A stretch of 64,000 nt of DNA. Origin: a candidate division FCPU426 bacterium (GTDB taxonomy: Bacteria; Oederibacteriota; Muellerivitia; Muellerivitales; Muellerivitaceae). Both the position numbers and the translations under genes were made by a program. The stretch is taken from positions 416,001-480,000 of the forward strand of contig CAVYSE010000011.1 in assembly GCA_963771075.1 (NCBI GenBank), written 5' to 3'. Numbering within the stretch: the first letter of the stretch is position 1; each line of letters starts with the position of its first letter. Below are positions 20,968 through 29,901 of the stretch, in pieces. The notes under the pieces were generated by a model that saw only the letters and a list, made by a program, of their open reading frames with translations, did no database searches and was not told where the DNA came from.

Positions 20968-21531
20968 TTGGACTTCCAAGACGACCAATGGCAGGTTTGG
21001 ACCGCCTTGATGAAAAAAACCCAAGAAGGCGACCGGGAGGCTTACGAGCGTTTATTGGTGGGAATTAGCCCCCTGGTTTTCAATTACGTCCGAAAAAGGG
21101 TCTTTAATCCCCAGCACGTGGATGACATCTACCAGGAGGTGCTTTTAACCTTTCATAAGGCCAAACACACCTACCGGACGGACCTGCCCTTTTCGCCCTG
21201 GTTCTTCGCGGTCATCCGGAACGCCATCTGGGCCGCCTTGCAGAAGAACCGAAAGATCGCCCAGCGGGAATTTCCCCTGGAGGATTACCCTGAGATCGCC
21301 GTCCTTGAAACGGCCGAGGGGGGCGTGGATGACCGGCTTCACAAGGCTTTGGCATCCCTCCCGGCAGGCAACCGGCAGGCGGTGGAAATGCTCAAGTTCA
21401 GGGGCATGAGCGTGGAGGACGCGGCGAGGGAACTGGGCATCTCCAAGATCGCCCTCAAGGTGAGGGCCCACCGGGGCTATGCCCTTTTACGGAAGTTTTT
21501 GAAGGAACAACAGGATAAAGAGAATGAGTGA
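20968..21531 (+). CDS. ECF RNA polymerase sigma factor (SigF/EcfF-like by its anti-sigma partner)
   Basis: GDREAYERLL, DDIYQEVLL...HTY...FSPWFFAV (region 2) and ALKVRAHRG (region 4). TTG start after AGGAG. Confidence 0.92.
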   Translation: MDFQDDQWQVWTALMKKTQEGDREAYERLLVGISPLVFNYVRKRVFNPQHVDDIYQEVLLTFHKAKHTYRTDLPFSPWFFAVIRNAIWAALQKNRKIAQREFPLEDYPEIAVLETAEGGVDDRLHKALASLPAGNRQAVEMLKFRGMSVEDAARELGISKIALKVRAHRGYALLRKFLKEQQDKENE

Positions 21532-22216
21532 ATCCCAATCCCATACGATGGGCCCCACCCTCAGCGAGGCGCAAAGACGCCTTGTGGATCAGCTCGTGGC
21601 GGATCACAAACCCACCCCGCCCGCGCCTTCGGTCCTGCGCCAATGGCTGATCTGGCTGGTGTTTTCCCTGTTGGCGGTGGCCATCACCTTAAGCTTGATC
21701 GGCCCCCAGTTCGAGATCTGGGAAAGGCTCTCCGAGATATCCTCGGGCGGGTTCTTGGCCCTGGCTTTCGCGCTTTCAGCCTTCGCGGCATGGATGGGCA
21801 TCGCCTCGAGCATGCCGAACCACCGGGCCCATTGGGCGCCCCAAGCTTTCGCTGGGGTTTTGACCCTTTTTCTTTTCAGCATGCCCTTTATTTTCTTCCA
21901 ACCGGATTCCTTCGCCCAGGTGTGGGCCTTGAACCTGGAAGACGGTTGGTTTTGCGTGAGGACGGTGATCCTGGTGGCCCTGCCGACCTGGCTTTTACTG
22001 GGTTGGATGGCGTCCCGCAACGCGTCGTTCCACCCCGGATGGACCGGGGCTTGGCTGGGCGCGTCGGCTTTTTTGCTGGGGGCGGGAACCATCCAGCTTC
22101 ATTGCGCCCATTGGGAAACCTGCCATATGCTCGTGGACCATCTTATGCCGATGCTGGTCCTGATCTTCCTGCCGATTTGGATAGGGACCTATTGGTTTTC
22201 GAGGTGGAAGAAGTAG
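21524..22216 (+). CDS. NrsF/DUF1109-family membrane anti-sigma factor
   Basis: Overlaps the sigma stop codon. LVDQLVAD N-terminus, about 6 TMs, and conserved-type cysteines (WFC, LHC...H). Confidence 0.8.
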   Translation: MSESQSHTMGPTLSEAQRRLVDQLVADHKPTPPAPSVLRQWLIWLVFSLLAVAITLSLIGPQFEIWERLSEISSGGFLALAFALSAFAAWMGIASSMPNHRAHWAPQAFAGVLTLFLFSMPFIFFQPDSFAQVWALNLEDGWFCVRTVILVALPTWLLLGWMASRNASFHPGWTGAWLGASAFLLGAGTIQLHCAHWETCHMLVDHLMPMLVLIFLPIWIGTYWFSRWKK

Positions 22217-22219
22217 CTG

Positions 22220-23161
22220 TTAGTCTTGCGGTTTGATTAAATCCACATTCTTGCTGTCGACCACGATGGGGGTGAGTAACACCGCTTTCACAGTGGTTTC
22301 CCCGTTGGGCATTTCCGTAAACTGGCATTCAAACTGTTTGGCTTTGCGGGCCAACTTGGCCGAAAGATAGGCGGTTTCCTCGGCCAGCTTTTTGGGCGAG
22401 AGGAAAACCGTGATGGATTGTTTACCCGACTGGATTCGGCCCCAGGTGTCCCTGTCATCGCCCATTCCGGCGACAGCGGCAAATCCCGCCGCTTTTCTAA
22501 CCTCAACCGCTTCCCCCGCCAAGGCCGAATTGGAAGCCAAAATCGCATTAATGTTTGGGTCCGCGAGGGTATCCCGGTCCCTTGGGGTCAGGGTGGAGGA
22601 AGGATTCAGGGAAGAGGTGATCTGGATATCCCCCTTGTCGATGGAGGGTTGAAGGACCTTCATTTGGCCCTGGCGTAATTCCTTCTCGAATCCGCTTGAA
22701 GAACCTTCCCCCAAAAGGACGTAACGCCCTTTCGGTGCCAATTTCAGTAAGGACTGTGCCTGCAATTCACCCGCTTTTTCCCGGTTCAAGGCGATGAGGT
22801 AATCCAATCCGCAATTGGGGATGGGACTCCCCAAGGCGAGGACCTTGATCCCCGCATGATGGGCGGTTTCCACAAGGGGTACGGCTTTGGATGGGTCGCA
22901 GGGGATGATCACCAAGGCCTGGACGCCTTGTTGGATCAGGTCCCGGGCCTGGGTTTCCTGGACCGCCGGGTTCCCCTTCGCGTCCATGATAAGAAGGTCC
23001 GCTTCGTTGTCTTCCATCGATTCCTTCACCTCTTGGAGGAATACCTCCCGGCCCCTGCTGTCATCGAGCGAAAGGCCGATCTTCACCCGGGGCTCGTGAT
23101 GGCCCCAGCCGGTCAGGGAAAGAGCGACGACGCAAATAAAAGGGGTCAGAAACCACCGCAT
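22220..23161 (-). CDS. Sugar ABC substrate-binding protein (XylF-like, divergent, orphan)
   Basis: KIGLSLDD, A.GN...Q, QGVQALVIIP, AILASN and G.QSITV (periplasmic binding protein type I). Confidence 0.75.
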   Translation of the reverse strand: MRWFLTPFICVVALSLTGWGHHEPRVKIGLSLDDSRGREVFLQEVKESMEDNEADLLIMDAKGNPAVQETQARDLIQQGVQALVIIPCDPSKAVPLVETAHHAGIKVLALGSPIPNCGLDYLIALNREKAGELQAQSLLKLAPKGRYVLLGEGSSSGFEKELRQGQMKVLQPSIDKGDIQITSSLNPSSTLTPRDRDTLADPNINAILASNSALAGEAVEVRKAAGFAAVAGMGDDRDTWGRIQSGKQSITVFLSPKKLAEETAYLSAKLARKAKQFECQFTEMPNGETTVKAVLLTPIVVDSKNVDLIKPQD

Positions 23162-23288
23162 GGAAACCTCAAGATAAAAAGGGATTGGATGCCGGCCATT
23201 AATTATAAGAAGGGCGGGGGATGGGTTTCAGGGAAAAAGGGTTCTGCGCCGGGTTGCGAAGGCAAACAATCAGCGCTAAAGTTTGGGC

Positions 23289-24047
23289 GTGAAAAGACCC
23301 TTTCTATTAGGCCCATTCCTCTTTTTCCTCATTTGCCTGGCCTGGCGACCCCTTTTCCTTCAAGCCCAGGAAGCAGATCCGGGCCTGATCCGCGCTTTGA
23401 ACACCGACTCCGCCTCGGTAGAGAACGCCTATTACCTGTGGGCCACGGTCGATAACGACTCCTCACCCTATCATTGGCTCTACCTGTACGGGGAAGGGGT
23501 CTTCGGACTGAACAAGGACTGGGGAATCGAATTGGACTTCCCGACTTTGGAAGATATCGATCCCCTGGGAACCTATCCCCTGGGGTTGGGGCCGGTCGGT
23601 TTGAACTTAAGGTATGAGGCCTATCGCTTCGGCAGTTGGAACAGCGAGACGGCGGGAGTGATTTCCTTTCAGGCGGGAGGGGCCTATGGACCGCCCAACC
23701 GCACCTACCGTTATATCGGAAGCAGTTGGACCCTAAAGGTTTTGGCTGGTTACAGGGTGGGAAAACTTTTCGCCCAGGGAAACTATGCTTTCCAGGGTGG
23801 CATCGACCCCCAATCCCTAAGCATGGCATCGGCTAATACGAGTTTGGGCTATGGCCTCGGTTCCAATTGGTATATCCAGGCGGAGGGGAATTTCTACGCC
23901 GTGACCGCCCCCTTCCATGATTCTTCCTGGACCTTTGTTCCCCAGCTTGCCTTTCAACCGGGGGACTGGCTGTTTGAGTTCGGGGAAGCTTTCAATGACG
24001 ATAATCCCACCGGAACCACTGAAATCTTAGCCGCCCGAACCTTTTAG
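23289..24047 (+). CDS. Predicted outer-membrane beta-barrel protein of unknown function
   Basis: Signal peptide, alternating aromatic/Gly beta-strand pattern, and a C-terminal Phe (ARTF). Confidence 0.6.
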   Translation: MKRPFLLGPFLFFLICLAWRPLFLQAQEADPGLIRALNTDSASVENAYYLWATVDNDSSPYHWLYLYGEGVFGLNKDWGIELDFPTLEDIDPLGTYPLGLGPVGLNLRYEAYRFGSWNSETAGVISFQAGGAYGPPNRTYRYIGSSWTLKVLAGYRVGKLFAQGNYAFQGGIDPQSLSMASANTSLGYGLGSNWYIQAEGNFYAVTAPFHDSSWTFVPQLAFQPGDWLFEFGEAFNDDNPTGTTEILAARTF

Positions 24048-24137
24048 CCCATTCCTTACCCGTCCCAAAGCGCCATAGCCCTTTATTTAACAGGGAAAAA
24101 GGGTCTTTCCGACCCTTTCGGAAATTTGACCTGATCC

Positions 24138-24166
24138 TGTAACCGCTTGGTCCCCCATCCCCTATT
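24138..24166 (+). promoter_or_regulatory. Putative ECF promoter
   Basis: TGTAACC-N16-CCTATT, 34 bp before the ATG at 24201. Confidence 0.7.
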
Positions 24167-24200
24167 CATAAGAAATCCTTATATCGGTTGGGGGAGAAAC

Positions 24201-25021
24201 ATGAAAAAATTATTATTGGGTTTGATCCTGGCGTCGTTTGTTTTAACCGCATTAGCTTGTTCGCATAATTCCTATACCACGCCCTCAACGCCCAATTATA
24301 CGAACCCGACCAACACGCCTACTCCGGGCACTCCAACCAATACCCCGACGATTACCTCAACCCCTACGGTGACCCAATCGCCGACCATCACGGTCTCCCC
24401 GACCCAAACCACCTCGCCCACACCGACCAGCACCTTGACCCTTTCCTTTACTCCCACGGCCAGCTCAAGCCCTACCAATACATCATCGCCGACTTCCACC
24501 GCGACGATCACCCTGACCATGACCCCCACCCCCACTTCCACCCCGACGGATACGGCCACGATCACCGATAGCCCCACCGAAACCCTTTCTCCCACCCCGA
24601 CCTTGACATCTTCCTGGACCCCCACGGAAACATCCACGAACACCCCCACCTCGACCCGACGCCCACCGCCACTCCGACCACCGTGTCTTTCTCCACCACC
24701 CTATACCCCATCGTTTCCGCGAACTGTTTCAGCTGTCACGCCAACGGCTCGGCTTCGGGCGGGATGAACCTGGGCAATCCCGCCAGCGCATCCACCGTTT
24801 ACGCCACATGGGTTGGCACGGGTTCGGGCGGCACCGCCAGCACCACCAATAACTGCGGAATCGCCGATTACATCCTTCCCGGAAACCCAAGTTCCAGCCT
24901 GGTCCTCCAGAAATTGAACGGTTCCTGCTCACCCCAAATGCCCGACGGAGGACCCTTCCTCACTTCCGACCAGATCGCCGAGTTCACGAATTGGATCAAC
25001 GCGGGGGCGCCCAATAATTAG
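24201..25021 (+). CDS. Lipoprotein with a Thr/Pro stalk and a C-terminal monoheme cytochrome c (planctomycete cytochrome C-like); frameshift near 24656
   Basis: ALAC lipobox and T/P-rich linker. One missing C joins it to SFSTTLYPIV..CFSCH...PGNPSSS...QMP...WINAGA. Confidence 0.8.
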
Positions 25022-25069
25022 TTTTCGGGCAAAAAGTCATTCGGCATTGGGATGATTTCCCTGAACTTT

Positions 25070-25098
25070 TGTAACCGCGCCCAGGCCTGAACCCAATT
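25070..25098 (+). promoter_or_regulatory. Putative ECF promoter
   Basis: TGTAACC-N16-CCAATT upstream of the long stalked cytochrome. Confidence 0.65.
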
Positions 25099-25152
25099 CG
25101 ATCGAGCAAGCCTTGTATCGGATTCTATCTGAGGTTTTTCTTGGAGGTGGTC

Positions 25153-26931
25153 GTGAATTTAAGGGGAGCTTTATACCTATCCCTATTGTTTTCAGGCGTC
25201 CTGTTTCTTTATTCCTGCACCCGTCCCATGTCGGTTTCACCCACCAGCCCCGCCATGCCCAAGACTCCCACCCTGACGGTCGCCGTCGGAAGCCTTTCTT
25301 CCACCTTTTCCCCCACCCTGGTCCTTACCCCTTCTTTCACCGGTACCGTGACGAACACCGTTACACCCGCCCCCTCCTCCACCCCTTCGTCTACCCTCAC
25401 CCTTAGTCCCAGTTCTTCCTATACCCCAACCCTGGCGCCAACTTCGACGCCTTCCCTTCAGCCCACTCCATCCTATACCGCTACTTGGGTGATGACCGTA
25501 ACGGATTCCCCGACCGCGGTTCCTACAACCATCTTTTCCGAAACTCCCACGGAAACCGCGACTTTGCCTTTCACCTCGACGGATTCCCCTACGCCCACGG
25601 TCACCTCGACGGCGACCCTGGTGAACACGCCGACGAATACCATGACCGCGACCGCTCCCGTCGCCTATTCGGATACACCCACACCGACCGAGACGATCAC
25701 CGACAGCTTTACCTTGACCGACACCCCGACCCTTTCACCGACTATTACGAACAGCCCCACCCTTTCGGATACTCCAACCCTGGTTTTCACTTCAACCGCC
25801 ACCCCTCAGCCTATCAACACCGCGACTGAGACCTGGACGAGTACGGTAGCAAATACTTTGACCCCTTCCGAAACATCAACTTTTTCCTTCACTCCGCTAT
25901 CCACTTCGACTCCCTCCCATACCCCGACCCAAACAGGGGTTTTCACGCCATCCGGTACGCCCACGGAGACTTTAACCATCACCGTGACCGTTAGCCCGGT
26001 GATGACCACGACCCTGACTTTGACGGCCTCACCGACCCCCACGGCATCACCTGGCGCCACCCGCACGGTGACACTCACTCCGACGGGAAGTTATACTCCG
26101 GTCTTTTCCGTTACGGCCACCCAGACCCTGACTTCCTCCCCTTCGCCAACCTATTCGGCCAGTGCCAGCCCAACCCCCACCAACAGCCTCACCCCGACCG
26201 TAAGCGGAACTCCCATCCCTTCCAATACGTCCACTCGAACCCAGACCTTGACGCCCTCCGCGACCCCTACTGCCAGTGAAAGCCCTACCCCCACCGGTAC
26301 CAACACCCCTACCCGGACCTTCACTTTAACCCCCACCCTATCCACTACCCCGAGTAATAGCCCTACCGCTACAAACACTTGGACCCTTACCACTACGGCA
26401 AGCATTACACCCACCGTTTCCAACTCGCCCACCCGGACGGTTTCCTTGACGCCGTCCCCGACAACCACGGCCAGTTTCAGCCCCACCGCGACCAAAACGA
26501 ATACTCCCGGCTCGACCGTGACCTCCACCGCCACACTTACGAACACTCCCACAGGGACGCCGACACCGACAGTCACGGTCACGCAGACGACTATTTCCTT
26601 CTCCCAAACCCTGTATCCGATCATTTCCACGTCTTGTTTTAGCTGCCACGCGAACGGGGCGGCGTCGGGGGGGATGAACCTGGGAAATCCCGCCAGCGCA
26701 TCGACCGTTTATGCGCTCTGGCTTGGCACGGGAACGGGGGGCACCGCTAGCACGACCAATAACTGCGGAATCGCCGACTACATCGTTCCCGGAAACCCCG
26801 CCTCCAGTCTGGTGCTTCAGAAATTGAACGGTACCTGCGCGCCCCAAATGCCGGATGGCGGGCCTTTTTTAACCACTGCCCAGATCGCCGAGTTCACCAA
26901 CTGGATCAATGCGGGCGCGCCTAATAATTAG
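25153..26931 (+). CDS. Lipoprotein with a ~460-aa Thr/Ser/Pro stalk and a C-terminal monoheme cytochrome c
   Basis: LYSC lipobox, long mucin-like region, and a CFSCH...QMP...WINAGAPNN domain paralogous to the upstream gene. Confidence 0.85.
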   Translation: MNLRGALYLSLLFSGVLFLYSCTRPMSVSPTSPAMPKTPTLTVAVGSLSSTFSPTLVLTPSFTGTVTNTVTPAPSSTPSSTLTLSPSSSYTPTLAPTSTPSLQPTPSYTATWVMTVTDSPTAVPTTIFSETPTETATLPFTSTDSPTPTVTSTATLVNTPTNTMTATAPVAYSDTPTPTETITDSFTLTDTPTLSPTITNSPTLSDTPTLVFTSTATPQPINTATETWTSTVANTLTPSETSTFSFTPLSTSTPSHTPTQTGVFTPSGTPTETLTITVTVSPVMTTTLTLTASPTPTASPGATRTVTLTPTGSYTPVFSVTATQTLTSSPSPTYSASASPTPTNSLTPTVSGTPIPSNTSTRTQTLTPSATPTASESPTPTGTNTPTRTFTLTPTLSTTPSNSPTATNTWTLTTTASITPTVSNSPTRTVSLTPSPTTTASFSPTATKTNTPGSTVTSTATLTNTPTGTPTPTVTVTQTTISFSQTLYPIISTSCFSCHANGAASGGMNLGNPASASTVYALWLGTGTGGTASTTNNCGIADYIVPGNPASSLVLQKLNGTCAPQMPDGGPFLTTAQIAEFTNWINAGAPNN

Positions 26932-27125
26932 CCTCCCATTCCCCTGAACCCGCTTCCCCTTTTTTAAGGATCTTCATGGCCGTTATCAAATAAACATGTC
27001 TATAAAATCCGTTGTGGCGCATGTTTATTTTTTGTTCGGGGCTAATCCACAATGGGGAAGCAAAGGCATTCAATCGTGTCGCCTTGGAATGGGGAGGGTC
27101 CTCCCACCTGCGTGCTTGAGAAACC

Positions 27126-28214
27126 TTAATAGAACAAAAAGGCGTCCGCCATCACCATGTCCTCGACCGGGCCCAAGAGGGCGTAATTGGGGTTGCTGGT
27201 GGAAGGGGCGGTGCGGGCCAGGTCGAGCTGAAATTTAAGGTTGTGCACCGGATAACAGCGGAAGCTAACCACGTGCCGGTAGCCCTCCGACGCGTTCGTG
27301 CCCATGGAATCCCACAGCCATTCGGTGGCCAGCCGCAGGTAACAGTCATACCCCAGGTCCCCTTCCGCGCTCAGGTGATAGGCCTGGATATTATCCTGGG
27401 TGTTTGAGGTCAATCCGTTATATCCCGCGTCGAACTCCGCCAGCAGGACCACCGGGGCGATCCGGCCCCAGCCATAGACCCCGTAACGGACCTGATCGGT
27501 GGTCAGGACCAGGTTTTCGGCGAAGAGGGAACCCGCCAGCGCCCATCCATCCCCGGTGACGCCCCCCTTCCCGGATAGGACCTTGCCGGAGGTGGCCTGG
27601 TCCCCGTTAAAGAAAGCCAGGTTCAGGAAGGCCGGGTCGGGGTAGATGCCCCCTTCCAAACCCTCGGCCGGATTGTTGTCGAAACTGAACCCTAAAGCGT
27701 TGCGGACCAGGCTGTTGTCATCGGCCAGTTCCAGGCCGTAGGGTACGGTGAATTTACCCACCTTCAAAAAGCCTCCGTCGGGCAGGCTCGTCCACAAGGC
27801 GTAGATCTCGCGCGTTTCCATGTCGTCCAAACGGTAAGTCAAGACGCCTGTCAGGTCCGGGTTGGCCTTCACCCCGACCTCCAGGGCCTGCCGGCCGCTG
27901 GAAAAACCATTTTGGTTCGGGGAGGGGGCCGCGTTAAAGGTGGAAAAGTAGGCCTCGTGGATATCCAAACCCACGGAGACCTGGGCAGGGATGAGCTTGG
28001 CCGCGTCCTGGGTGGCTTTATCCATTTCCTCCCAATCGAAGGTGGCCAGTTTGTTTCCGTAGTTTTTCCCGAATCCGTCGCGGAGCCATCCCCCCGTTTG
28101 GTTCACGTGGCAGGCGTTGCAGTTGACGCCCTTCCAGGCGGCGAAATAGGGCTCGGACCAACCGAGGGCAGGTCCTAAGACCAGAAATAAAAACGTTAGG
28201 TCTTTAAATTTCAT
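27126..28214 (-). CDS. Cyc2-like monoheme cytochrome c / beta-barrel porin fusion
   Basis: Signal peptide followed by EPYFAAWKGVNCNACH, amphipathic beta-strands (LKVGKFTVPYGL, GLEGGIY), and C-terminal FLFY. Confidence 0.72.
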   Translation of the reverse strand: MKFKDLTFLFLVLGPALGWSEPYFAAWKGVNCNACHVNQTGGWLRDGFGKNYGNKLATFDWEEMDKATQDAAKLIPAQVSVGLDIHEAYFSTFNAAPSPNQNGFSSGRQALEVGVKANPDLTGVLTYRLDDMETREIYALWTSLPDGGFLKVGKFTVPYGLELADDNSLVRNALGFSFDNNPAEGLEGGIYPDPAFLNLAFFNGDQATSGKVLSGKGGVTGDGWALAGSLFAENLVLTTDQVRYGVYGWGRIAPVVLLAEFDAGYNGLTSNTQDNIQAYHLSAEGDLGYDCYLRLATEWLWDSMGTNASEGYRHVVSFRCYPVHNLKFQLDLARTAPSTSNPNYALLGPVEDMVMADAFLFY

Positions 28215-28291
28215 GAGACACTCCTTAAAAATAAATTAAAGCCCGAGTTTTCGGCGCCTTTGTACAAGGGATTTCATCCGAACCGGTTCTT

Positions 28292-28714
28292 TTAGTTGAC
28301 CAGGATGTTCCCGACCATTCCGGTGCAGGCGCCTCCCGGGCAGCCGGTCGCGCAGGAAGCGTGGTTGGAACAATGGAAGGAATAGGTCCCTGGGCTATTG
28401 AAGGTTTGGGTCACGGGAAAGGTCGTGTTTCCGCTGACGAGACAGGAAGTTCCATTGTCGATATAGAGGGGATGGAGGGCGCCCACATTGGAGGCGTCCC
28501 AAACCACGGATTGCCCATGGGTGATCGTTAGGGGAGCGCTTAGGGCGACCCCCGCGATGGAGTAGCGGTATCCGGAGGTGGTGGAGATGGCCCCTACCGT
28601 GCTGGCGATGACCGAGGATGGGGGAGCGGTTTGGGTGGGCGCTCCCACGTACTCGCAAGCGATGGATGTCAGGAGAATGGAAGACAACAAGCTTAAAAAG
28701 ATGGCTTTTTTCAT
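28292..28714 (-). CDS. Cupredoxin (type-1 copper) lipoprotein
   Basis: SIAC lipobox, LTITHGQSVVW, HPL, TF..PGTYSFHCSNH...GMVGNILVN. Confidence 0.82.
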   Translation of the reverse strand: MKKAIFLSLLSSILLTSIACEYVGAPTQTAPPSSVIASTVGAISTTSGYRYSIAGVALSAPLTITHGQSVVWDASNVGALHPLYIDNGTSCLVSGNTTFPVTQTFNSPGTYSFHCSNHASCATGCPGGACTGMVGNILVN

Positions 28715-28754
28715 GGTCAAACACCTCACGCTGGATGGAAATGCTTTAATTTTG

Positions 28755-28783
28755 AATAGGGGTAGGGCGGGGCCGGGGTTACA
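28755..28783 (-). promoter_or_regulatory. Putative ECF promoter for the cupredoxin / Cyc2-like operon
   Basis: Minus strand reads TGTAACC-N16-CCTATT. Confidence 0.7.
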
Positions 28784-28811
28784 GGATTAGGTCAATTAAT
28801 TTTCATTATTT

Positions 28812-28840
28812 AGTAACCCCGGGAGCCCTTTTCGGTTATT
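28812..28840 (+). promoter_or_regulatory. Putative ECF promoter (weaker match)
   Basis: AGTAACC-N16-GTTATT, divergent from the 28755-28783 promoter. Confidence 0.5.
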
Positions 28841-28915
28841 GAGTTTTGGTACCTTGGTGAAATAGGACATGAGGTCCTGGGCGGGCCTGATATTACAGGG
28901 AGAAGAAGGTTAACC

Positions 28916-29389
28916 ATGCTTTATCGCCGTGTTCGGATAGCCCTGTTGCTGGCTTTCCCTTGGCTCTTCCTTTCTGTCGGCCTGGCCCATTCAACGGGCG
29001 ACCCAAAATTGGAATGGGCGATCCGGGAAATCGCGAAGGATTACCAGGCGAAGGTCGAGCCTTTGTTCCGGGAGAGCTGTTTTGACTGCCATTCCAGCTT
29101 CACCCGTTATCCCTGGTACCACCGCCTCCCGGTCATTCGGGGGATGATCGACGAGGATATCGCGCAAGCGCGGAAACATTTGGACATGTCCAATGGCTTT
29201 CCATTCCAGGGGGAGGTTAAACTGAAAAGCGGTCTGAAGGCCATCGCCTACCAGGTGGCCCAGGGAAAGATGCCCCTATTCCAATACCGTTGGATGCATC
29301 CGCGGAGCGCCTTGACGGATGGACAGAAGCAGGATATCGAGGATTGGGTGGATCGAAGCCTGGATCGCCTTGACCAGGCGGGGGAATAG
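28916..29389 (+). CDS. Heme-binding domain cytochrome c (Haem_bd-like)
   Basis: SCFDCHS..T.YPWY, ARKHLD, KMPL.QY..MH..A.LT and I.DW motifs. Confidence 0.88.
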   Translation: MLYRRVRIALLLAFPWLFLSVGLAHSTGDPKLEWAIREIAKDYQAKVEPLFRESCFDCHSSFTRYPWYHRLPVIRGMIDEDIAQARKHLDMSNGFPFQGEVKLKSGLKAIAYQVAQGKMPLFQYRWMHPRSALTDGQKQDIEDWVDRSLDRLDQAGE

Positions 29390-29432
29390 GCCGAGAGCTG
29401 GAAAATGATGGGTTCAACTTAAGGGGGATTGC

Positions 29433-29855
29433 ATGAGAAAAACATTGTTCGCGTTAGGTTTGGCGGCGGCCGTGGCGGGGTTCACGGGCCTTTACGGGGG
29501 GGACATGGCGGGTATGGGGGCGGACACGGCTCCCGCCTCGAAGACCGTTACCGTGACCGGGACCCTGGTGGATGTGATGTGTTATTTGGAGGAAGGGGCG
29601 ACCGGCAATGACCACGACGGCATGAAGGCCTGCGGAACCGCCTGCCTAAAGGGCGGAAGCCCGGCGGGAGTGCTGGTGGGAAAGAAATTGTACAACCTGG
29701 CCTTTCCCGCGCCGGTCTTCATGGATTACGTGGGAATGACCGTCGAGTTCTCGGGGAAGGCCTATCTGGGCGACCAATTGATCCCGTCCAGGTTCTTTGT
29801 CATCAAGGACGGCAAGAAAACCGAGGTCAACATCAAGGGAAAGAGCATGATGTGA
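29433..29855 (+). CDS. Secreted hypothetical protein with a Cys/His/Met cluster
   Basis: Signal peptide; TVTGTLVDVMCY...H...CGTACLKGGSP. Confidence 0.7.
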   Translation: MRKTLFALGLAAAVAGFTGLYGGDMAGMGADTAPASKTVTVTGTLVDVMCYLEEGATGNDHDGMKACGTACLKGGSPAGVLVGKKLYNLAFPAPVFMDYVGMTVEFSGKAYLGDQLIPSRFFVIKDGKKTEVNIKGKSMM

Positions 29856-29901
29856 GCCTGGACGCCCAACCGCCTCAAAAAGAATTGACCCCGGAGGTTC
29901 C

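Noticed and set aside
23202..23230. Sixth ECF promoter (minus strand TGAAACC-N16-TATAAT) before the XylF-like gene
   Set aside because: The -35 lacks GTAAC and the -10 is a perfect sigma70 box, so it is more likely a housekeeping promoter.
25230..26600. DNA tandem repeat or CRISPR in the ACC/CCG-rich tract
   Set aside because: The low complexity comes from Thr/Pro/Ser codons. There is no constant repeat-spacer structure and no cas gene.
24683..26931. Diversity-generating retroelement TR/VR pair (duplicated cytochrome heads)
   Set aside because: Both copies are coding, the differences are not adenine-specific (e.g. C/G at synonymous sites), and no reverse transcriptase is present.
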